Shown here piece after piece: positions 24,049-36,129 of a DNA stretch of 64,000 nt. The translations under genes and the position numbers were made by a program. The notes under the pieces are model-generated. The model saw only the letters and a list, made by a program, of their open reading frames with translations. It was not told the DNA's origin and did no database searches. The stretch spans positions 372,001 to 436,000 of the forward strand of contig NW_027117352.1 of assembly GCF_038025025.1 (NCBI RefSeq), read 5' to 3'. This DNA comes from Phyllosticta citribraziliensis. Lineage: Eukaryota. Each line of letters begins with the position of its first letter. Within the stretch, counting starts at the first letter, position 1.

Positions 24049-27000
24049 ATGCGGAGGCAAAGATTGAGGGTATGTCCACCAAACTCTCTCCGATTTCATC
24101 TGCTGAAGCTCCGAAGGCTGCTCAAGCTCACAGCGTCTGCGCCCTCTGTGCTAGTCGTCTTGCCCTCAACCCTGCGCGCCTTCCACCGTATGGCACCAGT
24201 CCGCTCCAGATTCGCGAAACCTCCGGGCTCGCCCGAGCCCTCAACGCCGATGGTCCCATCAAGTCTGATTCACAATCCTCGACAGAAGGGAATCGCGATG
24301 CCGCCAGCACGCATGCCTCGCCACACAACCCCTCGGATACGCCCAACGGGCAACCGGAGGCACAGAAATCAGCTGAACCATCGCCGGGGGATGCTTCAGA
24401 CGACCTGAGCTTCATGGACTCCGTTGGAGTGCTAAGAGGGTCCACCGTGGCAAGACAACAGCTACAGAGCGAACAGTCGTCGTCCTCGGCCGATGCAACG
24501 ACGCAATCAGCAACCTCAAACCTTACACAACCAAATTCCGGTGGCGGTAAAAGCGACCCAACATCTGAAGTTGCTACCCAAGCAGGACAAGGAACTCAAA
24601 AAACACCCAGACCTTCGGCGACATCCGGTAAGCTGCTGCTTAGAGCATTGCCGTGCAGCGATGATGCGATCGATGGAACAACATGAGCTTACTTCCTATC
24701 CCTACAGATGCTTCAAATCAACGGGCTCCAAACTTCCAAATTCGCTACAGGGCCTCTCCAGATCCACCAAGAGGTTCCAGATTCGATCCTGAAAGGACAT
24801 CCACATGGTCACATCTTCAGCCCAAGGACCATTCCAGAGATCGCAGTAGACAACGTATTGGTCTGGGCAAGGAACATGCGTCGAGGAGGCCTCGCGATAG
24901 AGATTCTCAGCCAATGTCCTTCCTCAATCCTACGGGGCCAGCTGGTCAAAAAGCTTCAGCATACGATTCCCCAGAGTTCTCTAGTATACTGGCGCGGTTG
25001 GGATCGAAAAGCTCTCAACAGAAGCAAACGACCTCCGGAGCATCGAAGGGTCCGCCTAAATCTACCGCGGCACCCATTCCGTCCGGGGTTGGAAACAACT
25101 CTTTAATGTATTTCGGAGATTATAGTCGCAGGGCGTCTAATGAACAGCCTACACACCAAAGTAATGCTACCCAGCAAACTGAGTCTACGTCAAAGGAAGA
25201 GCTTTCTGGCGAATTGGACTTTGCCCAAACGGCTCCATCATCGAGACCGAATTCGGCCTCGCATGAGACACCAGCGGCGCCAGATTCGAATTCTGCTTCG
25301 GAAGAAAAACATAGTGATCCCTTGGAAGATTTCGATTTCACCGGGACAATACCAGCTCCAAGAGCGACGTCAGCATTGCGACAAAAACCGGACGTGGATA
25401 CAAAAGCCCCGGAGACGAAAGAGTATCACGATCCTTCGGACGACTTTGACTTTACCGGAACAGTGCCAAGTCCTAGAGCATCACATGGAGCATCAGTTCC
25501 ACCGGAGACACTGCCTGCAGCATCTGATCAGACTGAGGAATTTGACTTTACAGCACCACAGCCAGCGCCCAGGCCATCCTTGGCGACGCAGCAAGAAAGT
25601 TCTACGGCCGCTGAACCTACCGCAAATGCCAATGCCACGGAATCCTTCGAAGACTTTGAATTCGCCCAGCCAAGGTCAACTTCGCGACCAGAACCAAACT
25701 CGAGATTCAAAATTTCATGGGGTGGAGAGACGTGGGCTGAAACTTCTGCGAGGAGGGCTGCCGAGGGAGCCCAAACACGTACTGAGGAACCAGCGTCAGC
25801 ATCAAACCGGACACCCTGGAGACCGCCTCCTGAAGAGCCACAGCGCAAGTCTAGGTCTAGCAGGTTTGCACAGGATGAGGAAGAAGTTGACGACGGACGC
25901 CGGAAACGCAAAGATAAGCGATCGTTCAAGACTAGTGATGAGAGCTTTGATCTCGAGGGCGGCATCAAAGCGGAGGCCAAAGCTGAGCGCAAGGCCAGAA
26001 AGAGGCAAGAGCATGAAGCAAGAAAGGGCGAGGTTGACAGACCTACACCACTCTACCTTCCCGAGTACATATCCGTATCCAACTTTGCCAATTTGTTGAA
26101 GGTCCGAGCAGATTCGCTCTTGAAGAAAATGGAGGAATTTGGATATGAAGATGTACGTCACGACGACATTCTCAACGCCGAAAACGCCGGTCTCATCGCC
26201 GCGGAGTACAATTTCGAGCCCATTCCTCCCTTGCCAGAAGACATGGACCTCTATCCAACTCCAGAACCTGAAGACAGGTCGGCGCTTCCACTGCGTCCGC
26301 CGGTCGTCACAATCATGGGCCACGTCGATCATGGAAAGACCACTCTTCTCGACTTTCTGCGCAAGTCCTCTGTTGCAGCCTCGGAGTTCGGTGGCATCAC
26401 CCAGCATATTGGCGCCTTCAACGTGCCCCTCTCAGCTGGGAAAACTATCACTTTCTTAGATACCCCTGGCCACGCGGCGTTTCTAAACATGAGGCAGCGC
26501 GGAGCCAACGTAACAGACATTGTAATCTTGGTCGTAGCGGCAGACGACGGAGTCAAGGCACAGACACAGGAAGCAATCAAGCACGCACAGTCGGCTGGCG
26601 TGCCTATGATTGTTGCCATCAACAAAATTGACAAAGAAGGCGCTGATATTCAGCGAGTCAAGCAGGATCTTGCCCGCCACGACATCTACGTGGAAGATTT
26701 CGGTGGAGAGATCCAAGCTATTCCAGTGTCTGGAAAGACGGGTCAGGGTATGCAAGATCTGGAGGAAGCGACATCCTTGCTCTCGGAAATCCTTGACCAC
26801 CGCGCTGATCCTACTGGACCTGTGGAGGGCCATATCATCGAAGCTTCGACCAAGGAGAGGGGTCGCGTTGCGACGCTGCTCGTCCGTCGCGGTACTCTGA
26901 AGGTGGGTGACATCATCGTGGCAGGTACAACGTTTGCTCGAGTGCGGACGATGCGCAATGAAGCCGGCGTGGAGGTGGAAAGCGTCGGCCCTGGCATGCC

Positions 27001-28018
27001 GGCGGAGATTGACGGCTGGCGTGGTCAGCCAGAGGCCGGAGACGAGTTCTTGGAGGCACCGAACGAGCAAAGGGCCAACGAAGCCATCGAGTACCGTACC
27101 GTCACCGAGGAAAGAGTAAAGATGGCCAAGGACATGGAAGCCATTGCAGAGGCACGCCGTCAAGAGCACGAGCGGCGCGAGAAGGAGGCGCAAAGGCAGG
27201 AAGAAATCGCCAAGGCCATCAAAGCCGGCATCGAGAACCCCGAAAAACACGTCGCGGAGATGCAAAAGACGACGGAGGGCAGCGAAGAAAAGCAAAAGCG
27301 CGAAGAAGTGCCCCTCGTCCTCAAGGCCGACGTGTCGGGCTCCGAGGAAGCGTGCCACGACTACATCATGACAGTCGGCAACAACGAAGTGAGCCCCAAG
27401 ATCGCGCGGTCGGGCGTCGGGCCCGTGACGGAATTCGACATCGAGTTCGCATCCGCGGCCAAGGCGTACGTCGTCGCCTTCAACGTCGAGATCCCGCAGC
27501 ACATTCGTCGCCTGGCCGGCTACCACGGCGTGCGGCTGCTCGAAAACAACGTCATCTACCGCCTCGTCGACGACATCAAGAAGGTCCTCCAGGAACGCCT
27601 GGCCCCGCTCGTCTCGCACAAGGTCACGGGCGAGCTCAAGATCCTGCAGGCGTTCGACATCAACGTCGGTGGCCGCCGCACGATTCGCATCGCCGGCTGC
27701 CGCGTCGAGAACGGCATGGTCAGGCGCACCAGCAAAGTCAAGGTCCTCCGAGGCGCCGACGTCATTTACCAAGGTACGTCTTCTCGTCGCTGTCCTATTT
27801 CTTCCCCTATTTTGCTTTTCTCTGCGTAAAGTACGGTTTGTGTAGCTGACCCCGTCGTTCGTCCAGGCACCCTCTCCTCGCTCAAGAACGTCAAGCGCGA
27901 CGTCTCCGAGATGCCCAAGTACACCGAGTGCGGCCTCGGCTTCGACGGCTGGAACGCCTTCCAGGAGGGCGACGCCATCCAGTGCTACGAGGAGGTCTTC
28001 CAGAAGAGGTATCTGTAA
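24049..28018 (+). CDS. IFM1: Mitochondrial translation initiation factor IF-2 with long N-terminal extension
   Basis: [43 protein letters not shown] and a last exon ending [20 protein letters not shown]. Inferred introns ~24070-24133, ~24628-24708 and ~27773-27867. The 5' exons are less certain. Confidence 0.92.
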
Positions 28019-28489
28019 GCTGCGACGCACGTCTCTCCATCTCCAATCAATTTTTACTCTTGCACGCGTGCTTGTGTGTGTGTATGTATGTACGTATGGG
28101 CTGGCTGGTTGGTTGGCGCATCGTTAGCGCATGCGCGTCACCATTTAGACGGGGGCCTTGTTGGTTGTCTGCATTACAGCGTAGAGATGATCATTTTCGC
28201 TTTTCTGCATTTGGAAAGATTCCACTCCTCTTTCCTTCGTCCTCTGCACCCGGCATGTCCGCACCCCGAGACATTCGCTTCGTCACTAGAGATGTACTTT
28301 TGTAAAACCATCCGCAAGATGATGACGATATTGGGTGGTAGTTGTGCGCCTGTAAAACCTATAGTACAATAAATGGATACCAACCCGGAAAACTCCTCCG
28401 CCCACCTCCCTAAACGACAAGGCGCCTGCAATGCGGAATTTCTTTTTCTCTGCTCGAGGATTCGGGGAAAAGATTGGTCGACTGTGCGA

Positions 28490-29586
28490 TTATACGGCTT
28501 TGCGTAGTTTTGCGCCGGCCCATAGGACGGGGGCTAGGTGCTTGGGGAGATTGAAGCCGAAGAGGCTGACGAACCAGAGGATGGCGAAGACGACGACGGG
28601 CGCGAGGAGGAGCTCGGTGTGATGCAGAAACGGGAGGGCTGCGCATTGTGTCAGCGGTGGACTTTTTCTCTTTCTGTTCTTTGCAATTTCTCGCAGTGGG
28701 CAGCTGCGTACCGTTGTAACCCAGAAAAGTGATGATGGCGTAGTAGCCGAACGCCAGGAGATAGAGAGAATTGCCAATCAGGGACGACACCCAGTAGTCG
28801 CGGGCAATCAAGGGCATGAAGAGGAATTGGATCACGTAGAGGAAAACCCAGACGGGGAAGAATGCGCGGATGGAAACCTGGCAGCGCGCATGTCAGCCTC
28901 TTGTCTCAGTGTTTGCGCTGACGGGTTGGGCCTTACGTCGAAGCAGTACCCAAACTCCAACTGCTCGCCGTCTCCGGGCTGCACGAACAGCCCCTGTCGC
29001 CGCCTGCCTGGCAGGCCTGGCACCCCCGGGCCTAGCAGTCTCCCCACTAGGAAGTATGATGCCGTTGCGACGACCAGCGACAGCCCTATGAAGTGTACAA
29101 AGACAAAGACGAGCATGATGCGCATGGTGCGGCCGAATCCGTCGGCGTATGCGAGACCCCACGCCAGCGAGGTCAGGATGAGGAAGAAGGAGAGGAGGTA
29201 GGTAAAGCTGGGGTCTGGCCGGTGCCATGTGTTCTTCGTTTCTGCGGAGCAATGAGATGGTCAGCGGCGGGCGCGGTTTGCAGAACACACGTAAAAGAAG
29301 CTCAGGGTCTCACGTTTCTGCGTGCAAGAGTCAGCATACACAGCTTCGGTAGGATATGGGGAGCGGATTGCCGTACATGGTAGTATATTGAGCGAAACAC
29401 CTTCTTGGGAGCTATTATTAAGCTCATCATCTCCCACACTGCCATTTCAAAGTCCATTTGCGGGAACTTGAATAGCCGCTTGAAGAATCGAGGCATCTTG
29501 ATGCCCTGGCGCCGGTTGCTTGGGGCGGTTCCGCCAAAGTTGCTCGAGGGACCGCCATGGCGAGGTAGCGATATTTGGGGGTTCAT
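28490..29586 (-). CDS. GMH1: UNC-50/Gmh1 Golgi membrane protein; multi-exon
   Basis: FFKRLFKFPQMDFEMAVWEM..PKKVFRSIYYH, LEFGYCFD and ALPFLHHTE match the UNC-50 family. Confidence 0.92.
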
Positions 29587-30090
29587 GGCGGCGGGAGCTG
29601 GGAGGTTCTGGTCTTCGGAGGAGGGCCCAGGCAGGACGGCGGACGACGATGTCTTCAGCAGGTGAAGCCAATGACAGTGGCGGCTCACGGGGCGACACGT
29701 CGAGCTCTTGGGGGCTGATCCGGGGAGGGGTAGCTGTCAGGCGTGGTGGAGTTGGCGGCGGTGCATCTGTCGAACCGGATCCAGGCAGCTCCGCTGTGGT
29801 GACGACGATCAGGCCCGAGCTGGCGCGCCGACGTTTTGCCGTTGCGAGCTTTCAACCGTCCCCGACCACCGCCTCCAGACAGTCGCACTCGGTCGACTGA
29901 CACCTTTCTTCACCTCACCACTGCAAAGAACTGAGCCGTCTCGCTCCACCCTCCCACCTGACTCTGCCTCCGACTCGGTTTCCATCGACTCAGACTAACC
30001 TGGCCTGACTGACAGCACGCGCGCACCTAGGAGTCGCTCGCCGACGCCTTCCTCACCCCATTCTGCTGCTCCCTCGAGTCTCGCGCAGTC

Positions 30091-33000
30091 ATGGCCGACA
30101 TGAGCGCCGAGATGGCCTTCCTGCAGTCGCTGCAGTCGGGCGACGCAACTGCGTACGGCAACGGAGAAGACAATGAGCAGCCGGAGCAGACCCAGCCGCC
30201 CGTCGAGGACGACGACGAAGACTACGATCCGTCCAACCTCATCCCCAACGAGGCGCCCTACGATCCTGAAGCTGTGCCCGATCCTGAAGCTGCGCCGCAG
30301 GCTTCTGAGCAGCCGACCCCTTCCCAGTCCGCCTCTGAGGCGCCGTCGCGCGTCGCTTCCGCCAATCCCGACGCGAAGCAGCAAGTCAAGCCTCCTCGGA
30401 CAATGGGTGGGTTTGTCGTTGATGACGAGGACGACGAGGAAGAGACTCCTGTTGCGAAGCAAACGACGGCCCAAGGAGCTGTGGGTTCAGTGAAGGGTTC
30501 TTCGCATACGCCAGAGCGTTCTGTTTCTCAGACTCCAGTCAATGCACTTCCTTCATCATCATCAAATGTACCAATACAAAACGCATCTGCTGCACAAGAT
30601 CAGACTGGTGTTTCTGGTGTTTCTAATGGCGCTTCCAATGGTGCCTCTCACACTGCTCCCGTCCCTACCTCTACTGATTTCCCTTCAAATGTCAATCAGT
30701 CGCAGCAGGCTCAGGCGACGGCGGCGGCTTCGGCGCCTGGAAATGGTGCGCCGGCGACGACTTTTGCGCCTTCGACAAAGGCCCGCCTGCCCCAAGACCG
30801 CATCGGCATACTTGAAGACAGGGTTGCTGAAGATCCCCGAGGTGACATCGACTCGTGGCTGAACCTGATCGGCGAGTACCGGAGGAGAGACAAGCTGGAA
30901 GAGGCTCGCGCGACGTACCAGCGCTTCTTCAAGATTTTCCCGACTGCCGTGAGTTTACAATGGTGATTGAGTGATGTACTCGGCTGATGCAATGACAGGC
31001 TGAGCAATGGGTTGAATACGCAAACATGGAGTTGCAGGCTAACAATTTCTACGCCGTCGAGCGCATCTTCAATGAGTCTCTTCTTCAAGTCCCCCACCTG
31101 CAGCTTTGGGCAACCTACTTGACCTACATCCGCCGCCGGAATAATCTGATCAATGACGTTACCGGAACCGCTCGCCAGACCATTTCGCAAGCATACGAGT
31201 TTGTCCTCAGCAGCGTCGGCCTGGACAAGGATGCCGGTCAGCTTTGGCAGGACTTTGTCGAGTTTGTCGAGTCTGGTCCGGGAAATGTTGGAGGCAGCAC
31301 GTGGCAAGATCAACAGAAGATGGACTTGCTGCGTAAGGCGTACCAACGAGCCATCTGCGTCCCGACTGATGCAGTCACGGCCCTCTGGAAGCAGTACGAT
31401 CGTTTTGAAATGGGGCTCAACAAGGTCACGGTAAGACGATCGGTCTTTTTTTGAATGGAGAAACGGGCTAACAGCGACGCAACAGGGTCGCAAGTTCCTC
31501 CAGGAGAAGTCTCCGGCCTACATGACCGCCAGAAGCTCGATTGTTGCTCTCGAAAACATCACCAGGGATCTGAGAAGGACAACTCTCCCGAAGCTTCCGC
31601 CTGCTCCCGGTTTCGACGGTGACAGTGAATATGCGAAACAAGTCGAAATCTGGAAAAAGTGGATTTCCTGGGAAAAGGAGGACCCCCTGGTGCTGAAGGA
31701 CGAAGACCCGGCAGCTTTCAAGAACAGAGTCATTTTCGTCTACAAGCAGGCGTTGATGGCGCTCCGATTCTGGCCAGCCATGTGGTACGAAGCCGCCGAG
31801 TTTTGCTTCCAGAACGGCATGGAAGCTGAAGGCAAAGACTTCCTCGACAAAGGCTGCGAGGCCAATGCGGAGAGTTGCCTTCTCGCATTCAAGCGAGCCG
31901 ACAGGGTTGAAATCACGACTGCAAACGAGGAAGGCGAGGATAGCATCATTCGCAGGGGCGAGCAGGTCCGCGAGCCGTACCAGAAAGTCCTCGATGCTCT
32001 CTATGCCCTGATTAAGAAGACTCAGGCACGCGAGACGGAAATGATCAACCGAGTCCAGGAGACTGCCCAGCAACATGATGGCGTAGAGGATGACCAGGAA
32101 GACGATGACGATGACGACCAAGAGGCTAGCCCCGCGTCGAGAGCAAAGGAGGCTGCCCTTCAGGCTCAGGTCGAAGCCATCAAGAAGGGCAATGAGGCTC
32201 AGATCAGGCTTCTCTCGCGGACGATTTCTTTTGCTTGGATCGCTTTGATAAGAGCGATGCGGAGGATCCAAGGCAAAGGAAAGCCTGGAGACAAGGTCGG
32301 CGGCTTCAGACAAGTCTTTGCAGATGCTCGAAAGGCTGGTCGTATTACTAGCGACGTCTACGTGGCCAGTGCCCTGATTGAACACCATTGCTACAACGAT
32401 CCGGCTGCAACCAAAATCTTGGAGCGTGGCATGAAGCTTTTTCCTGAGGACGAGGAGTTTGCTCTCGAATACTTGAAGCACCTCATCGCTAAGAACGACA
32501 TCACGAATGCCCGCGCCGTCTTCAAGACAACGGTCAGCAGGATGGCGCAAAAGCCAGAGACGCTCCCCAAGGCCAAGCCGATCTATGCATTCTTTCACGA
32601 ATACGAATCTCATTATGGCGAGTTGAGCCAGATCCAGGAGCTCGAAAAGCGCATGGCCGAGCTCTTCCCCGAGGACCCGCAACTCTCTCATTTTTCGCGT
32701 CGCTACTCGAAGCCTACTTTCGACCCGACTGCGATCCGGCACATCATTTCTCCTCTTACGCAAGCCCGGCCCAAGCCTCCGCCCGCCGAAGCTCAGCAGA
32801 TGCTGCAACCACAGCCTGTCCAGCCGATTCCACAGCCTCAACAGCAGCCGTTGCCCATCAACACATCTGCGGCGGTTGGATCTCCCCGTCCTCCTCCAAT
32901 GCCAGCGCAAGCGCAAGCGATCCGCGATTCGCCAAAACGCCCTTTCCAGCCAGACGACTCGGACAATGACTCGGTGCAACCGCGCAAGTTGGCTCGTGGG

Positions 33001-33459
33001 GAGTCTCCGCTCAAGGGTGCGGCAGGCCGCCGTCTCGCGGCACAAGGTCGCAATATCCAGCGCGACGGTTCTGTGAATCCCCAGGGCGGCGCCGGCGGCC
33101 CTGCAGCTCCGCTCTCTCGCGACATTACTTTCCTGCTCAGCATCATTCCTCCAGCGCACACGTACAACAGCGTGCGCTTTGTGCCTGAACGGGTAGTCGA
33201 CGTGCTGCGTGCCGTGCAGCTGCCGCCTAGCTGGCCTCCGCCTCAGCGACCAGTGCCCCTCGGATCCATTGGAGGAGCGGGCTTCCCTGGCCCGCAACCG
33301 CCACCGCAGCAGGGCTTTCCCGGAGGTTTTGGCGGCATGGGCGGTGGACCGCCGTCGTGGGGCCAGCAGCAGCCGGGCGGGCTGAATGGTATTTATATTA
33401 ACCCACAGTTTGCCAACTCACCTGTTAATGGCGCCGCAGGTAACCCATATTACCGCTAG
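30091..33459 (+). CDS. RNA14: mRNA 3'-end processing factor Rna14/CstF-77 (HAT repeats)
   Basis: RLPQDRIGILEDRV..DPRGD, HAT repeats (WQDQQKMDLLRKAYQRAI, WKKWISWEKEDPL, ERGMKLFPEDE) and RGESPLKGAAGRR. Introns ~30949-30998 and ~31431-31485. Confidence 0.94.
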
Positions 33460-35487
33460 GAGCAAAACAGACAGCGTCTCACAGCCGAAGACCTCGTGTT
33501 CGATCAAGAATTTCGCTAGATGCGACGAGGCCACTACTTTGGTGCAATGATGGTGGTTCAACCTTCAGCAGTGACCATGAGGCGTATGCCGGCATGGGAC
33601 AAACCTGAGGATTGGTTCAAGATCAGGGCCAAGCTTGCACTTGTGGAGGCTGTCAAGGGCTTGCAGCACCGCATGACCTCGGTCTTGTAGTGGGTTTTGG
33701 TTCCTGCGGCCCTCTTATCGTTTCCCATTTCATAACCGCGGGTGGAGTTTTCCTTTTCCTTCTTTCTACCATTGGAAAGTTGCGCCACGACCGACTCGAA
33801 CTGGATCCAAAAAAATGAGACGGCTGGATGGACCTATTACAAGACGGGGTTGGGGTTCGAAGAAAGGCGTTTCCTTGCACTTTGGAGGATTCATGGCGTC
33901 GGCGGCGTGCTTTTGATATGCCTCGGCGGGCTGTCATGTACATTATTCTCAAACAAAAGCACTGAAGATATGGGAATACATGCCGCTCATTGAACCCTCC
34001 GTAGAAGACGTGATTTTGATGCTGAGAGCTGGTGCGCGAAGGTCAAATCATGAGCGGAGTGCGGAAGCGCTGGTTTGTACAACATTCCTACCTTTTCCTG
34101 CCCCGAAAGTGTCGCCGCTGACTTTGACGTTAGAGAAATAGATCTGCCGCGCTGCGTCGGTGGCCTTTCATAGATGCCTGCCTCTACGCACTCGTTTGCG
34201 ACCACTGCCCCGTCAATGCGTCCCGCATACGAATTGAAAGCCCCCGCGACAAAAGCGTGTGTTTTCCATCTGCCGGTACAGTATCAACGAAGACTCTGCC
34301 GTTTCTTCCCTCTTCCCTGTAGCCCACGGCTTCTTGGAATTTCCCAACAGCTGCCCTGTCTCGTGTCCTGTCTAACGTAGTATGCAGCTTTCCGGCGCCC
34401 TTTGTCAATCGAATGCGCCCAGGATTTCCCCCTTTTGCCGGACCACAGCCATCGACGCAGCACTTGCCATGCTTGCAGCCTCCTGGCTGGGTATCTGCGC
34501 CTTGTTCTTCCAGATCTCTGCCTGCGTATGTCCTCCGTCCGCCCAAGGCGTGGGCGTAGAGCTCATGCCGCGTGAGACCAGTTTCGCCCTGCCCGCCGCA
34601 TCGTTCCGCCGCCTCGCCGCTCGCTTCAATGTGTTGCGCAAAGGTTGTCGCGTGGTTGACGTCTCTCGGCACTTGGAGCCCGTTAGCGATATCGCGTTCC
34701 CGACGTTCTGGAAGCCGGTACGCTAGCGGCTCGGAAGCTATTCCTGAAGTGGGGCCGCCCCGTGTCAGCGGTTCCGTCGCGAAAGCTTATCGCAACGTCA
34801 ACCCATCTCGCCATTCTCGCTCTCTGCGAATTGGTATACCAGCCCTTCTTCCAATTTCTTGTCTCGCGCTCTCGTGTCCGGGACTGGATTTTTGCGTGTG
34901 GTGTTGCTGCGATCTCCCTCGTGGAGTGATACTGCTCGCTGCCGGAGCTCTGTAGAGATGTGCCATGGGAATGTCCGCCTGCTGGACTGGGCTCTTTGGC
35001 GCGCTCTTGAGCTTGAAGTTGGTGTTGATTGTCTCGCCGTCTGCGCCGTGTACGATCTGAGTCTGGCAGCTGCTGGCTTCAGCTTTGTGAAGGCGAAGAG
35101 CGGTGAATGGGCCCCACGATCTGGTTCCTGGCCATGGTCTTCACCGTTGTGTCTGTCTGGCTTCATTCCTCAGTACTGGGTAGGCTCCCTCCAGCAACTG
35201 AAGGCCCATGTTGATGTGCTTTGTAGGAGCTGTAGAGAGCTTGGTGTAAGTATGAATCGCGTAGTCTCCTGTCTCTCAGGGTCTCACTGTCCTCTCTGCT
35301 TCATCCTGGTGCTCCTGATGCTGCTCAAATCCTCATGGGTAAGCACCCACGCCTCTGGGTCGCTGTCCAATATCACCAAGTCCATAATACTGTGGGCGCT
35401 AGGCGCGACTTCCAAGCCCGCCGTGAGTACCCTGACTGCCGGTTTGGGCAGCGCCATGTGGTCCGGGCGTTCAGCACCGCGTCCCTC

Positions 35488-35494
35488 TATAAAA
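35488..35494 (+). promoter_or_regulatory. TATA box of the Argonaute upstream promoter, followed by a 5'UTR with two introns (35681-35978 and 36070-36122)
   Basis: TATAAAA followed by a C/T-rich leader; GTAAGT...GCTGAC..ACAG and GTGAGT...GCTGAC..CAG precede the ATG at 36130. Confidence 0.6.
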
Positions 35495-36129
35495 CAACCC
35501 CAACCTTCCTCCACACACTCTCTCCTCTCCACCCTCCACATCCACATCCACCCTCCAACAACCAACAACCTACAGCTCCCCTTCCAACTCCAGCCTTCCA
35601 CATCATCGCATCTCGATCCTCCTCACCGTCCTCCATCACCGCTTCCTTCCACTCCATCGCACCCCAGCTCCGTTGCTCCGGTAAGTCCCTCCTCCATACA
35701 CAGTCCTCTCTACGGCTCGCCTCCAGCAGCAGCCTCAGATCAGCCTTTCCTTCACATCCGCTCGCAACTCTCGCTCCGACGGGTCTTGCGCTCTCACCTG
35801 TGCTCGGTGTTGCCACTGGCGCAGCGTTTGAGCCGACTCCGCCTAGGCCGGGAGTTTGCCATCACCCACATCCTCACTTTCCCAACCACGACTCTCATGA
35901 TCCGGAGGCTGCCTACTTGCAGCATCCTCCGCTGTTCATCATCATCATCAATCAATGCTGACCAGCTTCTTCATACAGCAACCACCTCGTCGTGAGAGCC
36001 TTTCCACATCGCGCTTCGGCCACCCAAAAACTCCGCATCACATTTCAAAAAAACTACCAAGCTTCACTTGTGAGTACGCTCGGATCAAGATCACACTGCA
36101 CACATGCTGACTCTGTCATCAGATCCAAA

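Noticed and set aside
26483..33297. Long antisense ORFs over IFM1 (26483-28030) and RNA14 (31468-33297); likewise 50455-51507 over RSC1
   Set aside because: Same shadow-ORF artefact opposite well-supported conserved genes.
34859..35995. 378-aa plus-strand ORF upstream of Argonaute
   Set aside because: Non-ATG start and low complexity; it runs through the Ago TATA box, leader and UTR intron.
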